DNA of 64,000 bases from assembly GCA_965197745.1 (NCBI GenBank), contig CBDANS010000006.1, positions 512,001 to 576,000 on the forward strand. Direction: 5' to 3'. Positions 42,416 to 52,959 of the stretch are shown piece by piece (the first letter of the stretch is position 1; each line of letters opens with the position of its first letter). The notes under the pieces were generated by a model. The model was not told the origin of the DNA. It searched no databases and saw only the letters and a list, made by a program, of their open reading frames with translations. This DNA comes from Opitutales bacterium (lineage in GTDB: Bacteria; Verrucomicrobiota; Verrucomicrobiia; Opitutales; PNEW01). The translations under genes and the position numbers were made by a program.

Positions 42416-42579
42416 ATTCAGTAAAAACTCGATTCATTTAAAGGAAAATTACTTGTTTCAAGTCTTTGAATGTTTTAAATTGAACTTGATTGCAATATTA
42501 TTGGGAGTTATTAGCCTCTTGGTTTTGATATGGGGAATATCAGTTAATAAATAGTTTACTATAATAAAGGTGAAGACTG

Positions 42580-45435
42580 ATGATCAAACCACGTCTCGGG
42601 AGCATGTGTAATATGAGAAATAACATAACACCCACTCGCTATTCACAACACCTGATACGCTTGATGATGGCAACATTTGCCCTGTTGTTCTTCTTTAGTA
42701 GCTCACTTTATTCCATGAGCAAAGCGCGGAAGGACGCCGAGGTGATGAAAGCACCGGAAGCCTGGGTAATGCGCGGGATTGATAGTTTTGCCCAAGGTCA
42801 TTTCGAGAACGCGGGTAACAATCTCTACGTGAACGCCAAGGGCGAGATTGAGATCATTAACCATTTCGATGTTAACCGTGACGGCTATGTCGACATCATT
42901 CTCGCCAATTCTCATGACCGCATTGAGCGCGGTCCCACCTGGGTATATACGCCCGAAAAAAGTTCGGGTGAGAGTTGGAAGCGACACCAAATGTCCGCGG
43001 ACAGCGGGTTAATGAGCCGGGTGATCGACGTGGATAGTGACGGTTTTAACGATCTGGTAACGGTGAACGCTCACAATGGAGTCACTTCCGAACTAAATTG
43101 TCATATTTACTGGGGAGGACCGGATGGCCCGGAAGCGAGCCGGACCGACATTCCGACGATTGGGGCACACGACGTAAATGCACTCGATATTAACCGAGAT
43201 GGACGGCTCGACCTGATCTTCCCCTCCGCGTGGAAAGACGGCCATAACCCGGCAAAACCACGATTAACTCACGTCTATATACAAGGAGAAAACCGCAGCT
43301 TTGAAGATAAGGGTAAGGAATACGGGATGATAGCAACCGGCGCTCTGGGAATTGATGCTGAAGATCTGAACAATGATGGGCATGCGGATATTGTATTGGC
43401 CAGTTACCGAGTAGGAAAAGTTGACCTCAATACCGAATCGTTAATATACTGGGGAACAGAGGATGGAGTAAATGCCGAGGATCCATTTCCATTACCCACT
43501 TATGGGGCGCGTCAGGTCATCCTTAAAGATCTGAACCGAGATGGGAGCAGCGACATTACTTTCAGCGGCAGTGGTCAAGTTCGCGTCTACTGGAATAAAG
43601 GCGGGACCATTGATACAGAAAACCCGGTAATCATTACAGCGGCAGGGCACACCGCGGAATTCAGCGAGAAAGTAATTCGCGCCGATATTTCTGATGTCGA
43701 TGCCGACGGCATTCCGGACCTCTTGATTGCTACCTCAAATGGCGTGCAGATCCGCTCTGGTGACAACCTGGAGAAAGTAAAATCAACGGTTAATGTGAAA
43801 AATTCCTCTTGGGTTACGGCTGCTGATCTCGACGGAGATGATCTTCCGGAGTTGATCATCAGTAAGCACTATGAGGGGAATGAATTCAGAACGAAGTCTC
43901 CTATCTATTGGAATGGACCGAATGGTTATTCCGATGACAACACCAGTTGGGTCCCGACGATAGGAGTAATAGGGAATGCCGCTGGCGATCTCAACGGGGA
44001 CGGAATACCGGAAGTAATATTTAACAATGTCGATGATGGCCATGTCCATTCCGTGCCCTCTTATATTTATTTTGGAAACAAAGAAGCTGAGTATAGTGTT
44101 GAAAACCGACTGGAACTGGAAACCATTCATAGCAATCTCGCATTAATTGCCGATTTGAACCTGGATGGTTATCCGGAAGTCGTGTTCAGCATTCCCAAAG
44201 GTTTGCGTATTTACGACGGAATGTCCGAAGGAATAAATCCAGACAAGTTTACTGATTTACACACAGGGTATACCCACTTTGATATTGAGACCACCGATTT
44301 TAATCGCGACGGATACCTCGATCTTCTTGCCGTAACCACGGTACTGGCTGTCAAGGATGATCCTGAAAAAACGTCGATCATTTATTATGGATCAGCGGAC
44401 GGATTTTCCAATTCACGCATCGATCGTTTAAAGAACTACGGATTCACCGCCGCGATCGGGGATGTCAATAATGACGGATACATCGATGTCGCATTCCATG
44501 ATATTCGGGATCAGTTACTAATTTACTTCGGTCAAGCCGATGGTTTTTCCGACCGCCACATGCAATTTCTTCCCTGCGACGCGACGGGAGATGCGGTAAA
44601 AATTAATTTTGCCGACCTGAATAATGATGGCTGGTTGGACATGATTGCGAGTATCCTTGGAACCCGCCTCCGCCATAAAGACACTCTCCGTATTTTTTAC
44701 GGCAGCTCTGACGGTTACAGTCCTGAGAATATTCAGGAATTTTTTGGCGGTTACAGTGCCAGGTTTACGGGAATAGCAGATTATAATAATGATGGCAATT
44801 TGGATCTCGTGGTTTCTGCTTATGCAACCCCTACGACAAGAGTGCCACCCGCACAGTTATTTTGGGGTGATGGTAAAGGACTGGATCTGGAGAACCCCGT
44901 TAATTTTACAGCTTATGGGTCGGGTGATGTGATTCAAATAGATTTAAATCGAGATGGCTGGATCGATATCGTCCTGGCCTGCCACCGGGATGATATCGGC
45001 CACCAGGTTGATTCGTTGATTTATTGGAATGGTCCCGACGGGTTCTTTGCAAAAGAGCCGACACGTATCCCCGGGTTGGGACCTCATGGGATGTATTCCT
45101 ACGACCATGGTAACGCTTTCACAAGGAAACCCGAAGAGAATTATTTTTCCCCACCCTTTGAGCTGGGTAATCGAGCGGTTCGCAGTATCCATTGGGAAAG
45201 TGAGGAGACAGAACTTTTAAAGATAAAATTCCAGCTTCGGTGGAGTGAAACGGAAGAGGGCCTGGAGACTGCCGCCTGGTCGGGCCCGGATGGTGACAAT
45301 TCCTATTATCAAACTTCGGGTGAAGCGATTCAGGGTATTCTAAGTGATGCCCAGTGGCTGCAATATAAAGCGACGCTGGTTTCACCCTATGGGTGTGGTT
45401 CTCCTAAATTGAAAGAAGTTCGGATTGTCCTCTAG
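42580..45435 (+). CDS. Secreted FG-GAP/VCBS repeat (beta-propeller) protein
   Basis: Many DxNxDGxxD repeats followed by IYWG/IYFG. Confidence 0.9.
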   Translation: MIKPRLGSMCNMRNNITPTRYSQHLIRLMMATFALLFFFSSSLYSMSKARKDAEVMKAPEAWVMRGIDSFAQGHFENAGNNLYVNAKGEIEIINHFDVNRDGYVDIILANSHDRIERGPTWVYTPEKSSGESWKRHQMSADSGLMSRVIDVDSDGFNDLVTVNAHNGVTSELNCHIYWGGPDGPEASRTDIPTIGAHDVNALDINRDGRLDLIFPSAWKDGHNPAKPRLTHVYIQGENRSFEDKGKEYGMIATGALGIDAEDLNNDGHADIVLASYRVGKVDLNTESLIYWGTEDGVNAEDPFPLPTYGARQVILKDLNRDGSSDITFSGSGQVRVYWNKGGTIDTENPVIITAAGHTAEFSEKVIRADISDVDADGIPDLLIATSNGVQIRSGDNLEKVKSTVNVKNSSWVTAADLDGDDLPELIISKHYEGNEFRTKSPIYWNGPNGYSDDNTSWVPTIGVIGNAAGDLNGDGIPEVIFNNVDDGHVHSVPSYIYFGNKEAEYSVENRLELETIHSNLALIADLNLDGYPEVVFSIPKGLRIYDGMSEGINPDKFTDLHTGYTHFDIETTDFNRDGYLDLLAVTTVLAVKDDPEKTSIIYYGSADGFSNSRIDRLKNYGFTAAIGDVNNDGYIDVAFHDIRDQLLIYFGQADGFSDRHMQFLPCDATGDAVKINFADLNNDGWLDMIASILGTRLRHKDTLRIFYGSSDGYSPENIQEFFGGYSARFTGIADYNNDGNLDLVVSAYATPTTRVPPAQLFWGDGKGLDLENPVNFTAYGSGDVIQIDLNRDGWIDIVLACHRDDIGHQVDSLIYWNGPDGFFAKEPTRIPGLGPHGMYSYDHGNAFTRKPEENYFSPPFELGNRAVRSIHWESEETELLKIKFQLRWSETEEGLETAAWSGPDGDNSYYQTSGEAIQGILSDAQWLQYKATLVSPYGCGSPKLKEVRIVL

Positions 45436-45535
45436 CAAAAACACATTGTATAAGTAAATATTTAGATTGTGTGAGGTATACAGATTAATTGATATTTAAT
45501 CGTTCTCAAAAAACTTCTAATCAGGAAATAAAATC

Positions 45536-45712
45536 ATGCGTATTAAAAAATTTTTAACGCTTCTTGTATTTTCACTGGGATGCCCTGTTTTCCTCAATGC
45601 AGCCTCTCAAGATCTCGACGCTTTTTTCGATTTTGAAAATGTCACGGGAGAGGGCGCAGAATTCATTATCGGTGAATCGCCCAATAGTATCCGGGTTAGT
45701 ATCTTTATTTGA
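45536..45712 (+). pseudogene. N-terminal fragment of a paralog of the 46107 surface protein
   Basis: MRIKKFLTLL...SQDLDAFFDFENVTGEGAEFIIGESPNSIR aligns with PQDQEVFLDFEDAEGSGDFTLGDPPNEIQ. Confidence 0.7.
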
Positions 45713-45933
45713 GGAAATTTCTCTTTAATAAGATGGAGTATATCTAACCCGCTTAATTCAGGTAATCGAATGTCCAAGATGATAAGGTCAGGATTAAGTT
45801 TCATGCACTCTAACATTGCTATCTGACCATTACCGTTGGCTCCTACAACTTCTGCTCCAGGGCAAAATTCTGCCAAGTGCTCAATGAGCATTTCACACAA
45901 AAGTGCATCATCTTCAGCTATGTATATTTTCAT
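45697..45933 (-). pseudogene. Response regulator receiver domain, 3'-truncated
   Basis: IAEDD, PDLIILDIRLPELSG, FPQIKIL, then reads into antisense of the 45536 fragment. Confidence 0.8.
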
Positions 45934-46106
45934 AATACGTACTCAGCCTCTATTATTTATAAACGGCATAGATTTTTCCACCTATAGCTCTCGCATTTAA
46001 TTAAATAATAATTAGATTGGATTATCAACCAACCCGGCAAAAAAATGCTTCATAAGCGCAAATTCATTGCTGCTATCTCTGGCATCGATTTAATCGTTAT
46101 AACAGC

Positions 46107-48349
46107 ATGAAAAGAAAACCTATAAAAATAATTCCGATTCTGCTTCTCTTGCTCTCTTTACCGGCCCGTCTCTATGCCCTTCCGCAAGACCAGGAAGTAT
46201 TTTTAGATTTTGAAGATGCTGAAGGTTCGGGAGACTTTACCCTTGGTGATCCGCCGAATGAAATTCAATTTCTCGGCTTTACGATTGAGACATTAGAAGA
46301 TCCGACACTTTTACACTCGGGAACGAAAGCTTTAACTCTTGGGCCCGGTCAGGAGGGGCTAATCGTAAGTAACCGAGGGATTAATACCCTCGAATTTTAC
46401 GCGGCTGAATCAACAGGTGGTAGCAAAATCGAGCTTAGAGGTTTAGTCAATCCAGAAAGCTTCGGCTTCGCTTTAGATACTACGGTTATAACCGTGATTC
46501 CTGATAATGGTGTGGTTGAAGGACTGCCGGCCAACATCAGCCCTGGAGCCAACCCGCTATTGCAAAGCTTTGTCGCTGACAGCGGCGATTTTCTTGATGC
46601 CACTGACCTGGAATTACTTGAAGGGATAAAAGAAGTGAAGATCCTCAATGTTTCAGGTAAGTTTTCCCTCGATGATCTTGGCTACACCATCACGGATAAA
46701 CCTTCCAATAATACCGTCTACACCCGATTTGAGGAATTTAGTGTCGGTGCAGGCATAATGGATCCTATTGTCATTGGGACATCACCCAATACTGTTACCT
46801 TTGATGGAGGCTCGATTATAATAAGATTTACATGCGGATGTAGTACAATGCACTCGCATTCGCAAGCTTATGCGATTCCGAATGGTGAGGAATTCACGGT
46901 CAACTTTGAAACCCCTGCTTATGAAGTAGATTTTTACGCCCAGAATTCAATTATGGTAAGAGAGCCGTTCGATCCCGATGGCTCATTTGAAGTCTACGAT
47001 ACTAATGATAACCTGATCGGGACCTTCACTAATTTTGAGTCGGCTCTTGATCCGCAATTTAAACCCTTTTTTTTACCCTAAACGCGGTGGAATTAGGAGC
47101 GCCAGGAGGAATCAGCAGGCTTGTTTTTAAGGACGATCCAACGGTGAACACTGGTGGATTCAGCACTACGGGTATAGACGACTTTGGTTTTACGCCGATC
47201 GGCGCTCCAGGAACCAGCACTGAAGGACCACCCCCTGTTGATGCTCCAACCATTACCGTCCAGCCTGCGAGCCAGGAAGTGCAGTCCGGCGCATCGGCAA
47301 GTTTATCGGTTGTCGCCAGCGGCGATGATCTCACTTACCAGTGGCATACTGGCAACAGTGGTGACACTTCGAGTCCAATCGCTGGAGCCACCAGCAGCAC
47401 CTTGACCACCAGCGCTCTCACCGTGAACACAAATTTCTGGGTACAGGTAACCAATGTCGGAGGTACCGCTGACAGCGATACGGCCGTCATCACCATTGCC
47501 GCACCGCCTGTACCCCTGGTCCTCGAAGGAACGGGTGATATCGCCGGAGAGAACATCATGCATCCCAACGGCAATATCTTCGACCAGATCCTGCTCACCG
47601 GAGAAAGCATCAGGCTTCAGGCCAGACCGAATCAGATCACCCGGGTCTCGTTCATGGACGAAACCGAGGATATTGTACAAGTAGAGTTTTCAGGGGCAGG
47701 TACCTTTACCGTAACCCTGGACCCGGCCACCTTCCTGCCCCCGGCGATACCCCCGCGCTACAACCAGGCAGTAGAGTACGTAACGGGCAAACCGAGCGTG
47801 GTGATCGATGGCGCCGACTCCAGTACCTTCTTCAGTATTTTCACGGTGGGGAGGATCAATGCGGTGAACCAGGCCCTCTTCCCCGAGGGACAGGTTTATG
47901 ATGCCCAGGCCGACGTCACCCTGGTGGAAGTGATCAACTCCACGGGAATGGGAGGGATGCAGCTGTCGAACACGGTGTTCAGTGGAAGCACCGGCAACGT
48001 CGGGGTGATTGCTCGAGGCGTGCCGATTGGGGTACGCTTAACCGTAGGGGACATCGATGCTGACGGCGATGCAGTGCCCCACCTCTTGTTTGGTGAAGGA
48101 TCCTTTACCATACCTGCTGGCAACCCCGGGCTGCGGATCACCGGAGGAGACCTGGCGCAGACAAACGGAGCTTCAATTGTAGTCGCGGAAAGTGGATCGA
48201 CGACAACGGGGTTTGACGAGACCTTTATCTCTCAGAACAACTTCAAGTCTGACAACACGCCCCAACCGACTCAGAGTATTGATGCCACCTTCGCTAACGA
48301 GGATGGTGACGACATCATTGTCACTGTGGATGAGATGGTGATTGAGTGA
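46107..48349 (+). CDS. Secreted surface protein with Ig-like domain, split at a T8 tract (ORFs 46107-47081 and 47087-48349)
   Basis: Signal peptide; APTITVQPAS..LSVVASGDDLTYQW Ig domain; C-terminal HPNGNIFDQILLTG domain; T9 instead of T8 at 47067-47074 joins the frames. Confidence 0.75.
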
Positions 48350-48359
48350 TCTTTCAAAA

Positions 48360-48519
48360 AGTTTTAGGTGTTAAGTTTTAAGTGTTAGGCAATTAGGTGG
48401 AGCGCGCTATCCCTAGCGCGTTTGTATATATTCTTAATTAAGAAGTGCGCTGGGGACAGCCCGCTCCACCTCTTAACCTAAAACTTAACACTTAAAACAT
48501 AACACGCGCATAAGCGCTC
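48360..48519. repeat. REP doublet (48395-48471) nested in inverted heptamer arrays
   Basis: AGGTGGAGCG...CGCTCCACCT flanked by AGTTTTA/AGTGTTA-type and TAAAACT/TAACACT-type units; between convergent genes. Confidence 0.8.
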
Positions 48520-48542
48520 ATCCCCTGTGTCATCGCGTGCTC

Positions 48543-50660
48543 TCAGTAGTTTGACCGGCTACGATCAAAAAAGAATTGTTCGGGTCGGGCAATGCCGGGG
48601 GTTTGCAAGGTTGCGCTGTTGGGTGCAACATCGGGAACATTTCGAAAATTATTTTTAACCACGACAACGCCGTTCAAAGCAGGTGTCTGTCCGACGGTGC
48701 CAATAACATACAGGTTGTTTGAATGGATTCTCCACAATTCTTTTCCCAGTTCCGTACGCATCGCTTTGGGTAGACTATTACCTTCCTCAAATATCTCCAG
48801 CAAATGTTTAAGATCGCCGGAAGGCGCCACGCCCTTTTGACCGTCAGTTAAATACCATAAGCCGATGAGCGGGGCGAAAGCACCGCGAAGGATAGGTATG
48901 GTCATATTGGGGTAAGTCCACGGGTTTTCAGAACCGCCACTATACCCCATGTTAAGTTGGTGTTCGTTGTTTCCTCGCCGTCTACCATAGTAACCTCCCC
49001 CTTCAACGCTTAAATGTAATTTTAGGCCGACATCATTCCAATGATTCACGAGAAGTTCAGCTATACTTTGAAAATCTACTAACGCCTGAGTCGGTATTGA
49101 GAGGGTAATCGTCAGACGTTCGTTATTGTCAGTGCGCAGGCGGTATCCTTCACTGTCCTTTTTATCTAAACCGATAGCGTCGAGGATCGCGTTGGATTGT
49201 TCCAGGTTGCGAACCGCATGCTTTTTCTCATATTCAGGACCGGGATAATACGGGTTGTTCGGGAAGGGGAGGAAGGCTCTTGGCTTGCCCATTCCAAGAA
49301 AAATCGATTCGTGTATCTCCTCTCGATCAATGGCAAGAGAGAGGGCTATCCGAAAATCGCGGCTTCTAAGCCACTTTTCTATTTCGGTATCTCCACGCCA
49401 GGTTTGGTTAACATAGATGATGCCGTCGGAACCTCCTAAATTTGGCCAGAAGAGTACGCGGTAGTCACCCTTGTCTGCTTCCCGCTTGAGCACCGGGACT
49501 TTGTCTAAACGGATATGACGATGTTGCATATCCACCTCCCCGGCCATGACGCGTGCATTGAACACCTCGGTGTCCTCAAAGAAGCGCATAACAATCTTGT
49601 CGATATAGGGAAGCTGATTCCCTTCGGGATCGACGGCAAAGTAATAGGGGTTGCGCTCCAAAGAATAATTTTCACTGGTTATCGGAGTGACCATCTTCCA
49701 TGGCCCGACCACCGGTATTTCACGGTTCCTGTGGGGTGAGGCCATGCGTTTGAAGAGTTGCACCCAACTTCTGTCCCCCGTTGCTTTTATTTTATTTTGC
49801 AGTTCACTTAAGGGGGTGTACTTCGGGAGAAACTGCATTAAGTAATGCCAGGGAGCGTAGAGAGGACTTTCCCATCGGCGAACGAACTGGCCACCAACGT
49901 TTAAACCAGCAACATTCTCGATGAACACATAGTTGGGTTTATGAAAGGTATAACGAACTGTGGTCTCATCTAACTTTTCCACTTTGAATAGTTGCCCATT
50001 CGCTTTTGTGTAGCTGAATTTTACCGGGTTGATATTATCATTCAATGTTACATCTTCGAAGGCGAAAACAAAGTCATCAGCCGTGAAAGGCGCTCCATCA
50101 GACCACTTCATTCCCTGGCGCAGATGGAAAGTGAATGTTGTCCCGTCTTCGCTGATATCCCATGATTTTGCGATGTGAGCCATCAGGGCATAGCCATCGA
50201 GGTCAAAGTAAATTAAGTGATCATGTATAATCCGATCCATGTTGTTAGTATCAAGCCCCGTAAAACCGCGGCGCCAGGTGCCGCCGTATTGACCGATGCG
50301 TTCGATAGGCGGAATAATCAATGGCTCTTCCGGCAGGCGGTCTTCTACCGGAGGCAATTCCCCCGCGGCAACGCGCTTCGCCAGTTCAGGAGCTTCACTG
50401 AATGTCGTGGGTGTCGGACCCTTATAAATAAAACTGAATCCCTCAGTACTGACATATTCAGGCTGAGTTACTTCAGGTTCGTGTGAAAGTGAAGGTGGAG
50501 CATCCCTGGAACAACCGAACGGATTACTTATTATAAGAATTAAGAAAAAAACAAGTGACCCCCAATCGATTGCCGATTGCGGATTTGGAAGATGTCGGGC
50601 TTCGCCCTCGGTACTGATTGCGGATTGATCAGAATGCACGATACAGGATCCATGATGCAC
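48543..50660 (-). CDS. ABC transporter peptide-type (family 5) substrate-binding lipoprotein, orphan; true start uncertain
   Basis: FGC lipobox-like, EAPELAKRVAAGELPPVEDRLP, FHLRQGMKWSDGAPFTADD, ERNPYYFAVD. Confidence 0.88.
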   Translation of the reverse strand: MHHGSCIVHSDQSAISTEGEARHLPNPQSAIDWGSLVFFLILIISNPFGCSRDAPPSLSHEPEVTQPEYVSTEGFSFIYKGPTPTTFSEAPELAKRVAAGELPPVEDRLPEEPLIIPPIERIGQYGGTWRRGFTGLDTNNMDRIIHDHLIYFDLDGYALMAHIAKSWDISEDGTTFTFHLRQGMKWSDGAPFTADDFVFAFEDVTLNDNINPVKFSYTKANGQLFKVEKLDETTVRYTFHKPNYVFIENVAGLNVGGQFVRRWESPLYAPWHYLMQFLPKYTPLSELQNKIKATGDRSWVQLFKRMASPHRNREIPVVGPWKMVTPITSENYSLERNPYYFAVDPEGNQLPYIDKIVMRFFEDTEVFNARVMAGEVDMQHRHIRLDKVPVLKREADKGDYRVLFWPNLGGSDGIIYVNQTWRGDTEIEKWLRSRDFRIALSLAIDREEIHESIFLGMGKPRAFLPFPNNPYYPGPEYEKKHAVRNLEQSNAILDAIGLDKKDSEGYRLRTDNNERLTITLSIPTQALVDFQSIAELLVNHWNDVGLKLHLSVEGGGYYGRRRGNNEHQLNMGYSGGSENPWTYPNMTIPILRGAFAPLIGLWYLTDGQKGVAPSGDLKHLLEIFEEGNSLPKAMRTELGKELWRIHSNNLYVIGTVGQTPALNGVVVVKNNFRNVPDVAPNSATLQTPGIARPEQFFFDRSRSNY

Positions 50661-50675
50661 GATGCAGGTTGCAAG
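50564..50675. repeat. Degenerate heptamer repeats (GATTGCS, GATGCAS)
   Basis: GATTGCC GATTGCG GATTTGG ... GATACAG GATCCAT GATGCAC GATGCAG GTTGCAA. Confidence 0.6.
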
Positions 50676-50845
50676 AATTAATGAGTGTGAAAAGAATAAC
50701 GCGTTCGCGTCTTCTCCTAAAACCTAACACTTAAAACTTAACACGCGCGTCAGCGCTCCCGCCATTGCGGGACTATTGCCTGGCAAGTCGGCGTGGCAAG
50801 TTGCGGATTGATTATAACGAATAATGCTATAAGTTAAAAGGTGAC

Positions 50846-51982
50846 ATGGCGAATAAAGCAGAGTATACAAAGGCAATGGCCGCTTACGTTCGCGAGGGGG
50901 AGCGCATGGCCTATGAAATTGGCAACCGCGGCTCCATCAGATTCAATCCCGACGGCACATTGCACAATGACATCACTGATGCCTATTGGCGTTGCGGTTT
51001 CTACGTGTTTGAAGGTGTTCTGAGCGCGGAAGAGCTCAATGACCTGCGTACCGATTTAGCGCGTGTTTTCGACCGCGCGCCCTACACCAAGGATGCGCCG
51101 GTTGATGCCAAGGATCGGCCCGCTCTTGGAGCAGAGTTTTACCGGTCGCCATTCAATTTTGCCAGGCCGTTGAGCGACCCGGTGGGCGGCACCTCGAACA
51201 GCCCCCGCTCCCCGGTCAAGATGAGCGAATCTTCACCTCCCGACAATGCTCCGGACTATGTGATTCACAAGATCTCCAGCAACTTACAGATCATGGACTC
51301 TTGCTTAAGGCTCTACGGACATCCTCAACTCTTGTCGATTGCGGAGCAGATCAACGGCCCCGACTTCACCCCGTTCGCCGAGTCGATCATCGTCAAGCCG
51401 GCGGGATTGGGGGCTACCGTGGCCTGGCACCAGGACGGAACCCGACAGTGGGACAAACCGGACTGGGATGAGGGGACTCACGGGTTCAATTTCATGGCGC
51501 AAATATACGGCAGCACCGCCGCCAACGGAGTATGGGTGCTACCCGGATCACACAAAAGAGGCAAAATCGACATCGAGGCCATGATCAAGGCCAACCATGG
51601 CTCTGATCGCCTGCCCGGTGCGATACCGATGGTGTGCGAGCCAGGCGACGTGGTCATCGCCAACCGCCAGGCCTTACATTGCTCTTTCGCCAACACCTCA
51701 CCGGACAAGCGGATAACAATCAACTTCGGGTTCCACCGTCGTTCATCCGTGCTCAGTCTGCGAACGATAGTCAATGATCTGCCGGTGGTCTACGATGAAG
51801 AGCGCATTTACGAAAGGTCCCGATTGATTGCCCTGGCCATAGATGCCAGACAGCAGCGCTTTCCCCACGAACCGCGCTATATTTACCAGCCCATGTTGGG
51901 ACAGGAGGAAGCCAACCGGTGGAACGAAACGACGAGGGAAAGCATCCTTAAAGACTACGACATCAGGAACCTGGGCAATTGA
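50846..51982 (+). CDS. PhyH family dioxygenase (long type)
   Basis: GFYVFEGVL, VAWHQDG, VWVLPGSH, LHCSFANTS. Confidence 0.9.
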   Translation: MANKAEYTKAMAAYVREGERMAYEIGNRGSIRFNPDGTLHNDITDAYWRCGFYVFEGVLSAEELNDLRTDLARVFDRAPYTKDAPVDAKDRPALGAEFYRSPFNFARPLSDPVGGTSNSPRSPVKMSESSPPDNAPDYVIHKISSNLQIMDSCLRLYGHPQLLSIAEQINGPDFTPFAESIIVKPAGLGATVAWHQDGTRQWDKPDWDEGTHGFNFMAQIYGSTAANGVWVLPGSHKRGKIDIEAMIKANHGSDRLPGAIPMVCEPGDVVIANRQALHCSFANTSPDKRITINFGFHRRSSVLSLRTIVNDLPVVYDEERIYERSRLIALAIDARQQRFPHEPRYIYQPMLGQEEANRWNETTRESILKDYDIRNLGN

Positions 51983-52171
51983 GATTACGCCGCAAAACGT
52001 TGTCGGCTATTACAGTCAAAAGGAAATAAATCAATCTGCTGAACCGCTACAGGAAATATAATTGATTCCTCCCCTATATCGATTGTCTCCTCAACGTATC
52101 GGCTTTCTCTGGATGGAGAGACGGGGTCACTCCTGTCCTTCGCGTCACAAGAGCCCGGCAAAGTCAAAAGT

Positions 52172-52228
52172 GGTCAGGCTTTGCATCTTGGCATTTTTTA
52201 ATAATTGCATAGATTCAAAGCCTGACCC
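52172..52228. repeat. REP-like doublet GGTCAGGCTTTG...CAAAGCCTGACC
   Basis: Same end type as 13902, 14593 and 18908. Confidence 0.7.
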
Positions 52229-52288
52229 TTTTAATTTCCTGTGTTAAATCAAGTTTCCTCTCAGTTACTGTCGTGAGAAAGAACGAAA

Positions 52289-52476
52289 ATGAGCACCGAT
52301 CAGTCACCGACTAAGTCTTACCGCGCCACGGCCTTTGCCGACGCCAAGACGCCAAACCCGAGCTAGCGGCGCCCGGGGCCACTCCGGAGCGGCTGGCCCA
52401 CCTGGAGGAGCATGGCTTCGTCATCATCACCGACTTTGTCAACAACCCGTGGATCCCCCATTCTCCGTGAGGCAGC
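52289..52476 (+). pseudogene. N-terminal fragment of a PhyH-like gene
   Basis: ERLAHLEEHGFVIITDFVNNPWIPILREA, with a frameshift upstream. Confidence 0.55.
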
Positions 52477-52959
52477 ACTCCCACTGGCGGCGGTTCCACC
52501 ACGGTCCCCGCAGCCGTCCCCCATAATACAGGACCTGACTTCTGCCCTGCGCGTCCAGGCGCTGGCGTTGGATCATTAAACTCTGCCGTTGTCGACTTAC
52601 ACTGCGTTGGCGCTCCTCGGCTTCGCTCGGGACATAGACTACACTGAATGCATCCTTGTTGCCGTTGAGATAACGGTCCAAAGACAGGGCCATTTTACGG
52701 GCATCGCGTTGGTCGGTTTTGACTTTCTTGCCATACTCGTCCCAGTCGCGGGGACGGATCACGTAGTTTTGCACTCCCAGCTCCTTTAAGCGCCTATGCA
52801 AGCCGTATCCAAACGGTCCGGCTTCATAGTAGCTGACTACGCGGTGGGCTTCCTTCACTTGTTCTTCTACCCATTTTAGAAACGAAGGGGGACTGAACCG
52901 GCGGGGCGCTTTTGGCGTAGCTGCGTCCACCATCATGACCACCACATAGCGGTCGATAT
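52477..52959 (-). pseudogene. IS110-family transposase fragment (DEDD domain)
   Basis: YEAGPFGYGLHR, KVKTDQRDA; 5' end cut by IS3, Tnp20 domain absent. Confidence 0.85.

Noticed and set aside
52612..52632. CCGAGCGAAGCCGAGGAGCG on the minus strand of the IS110 fragment resembles the micro-insert motif
   Set aside because: It is in frame and encodes VPSEAEE, normal IS110 sequence; no length anomaly.
52311..52959. IS110 bridge-RNA system
   Set aside because: Only part of the DEDD domain remains; both element ends and non-coding regions are missing.
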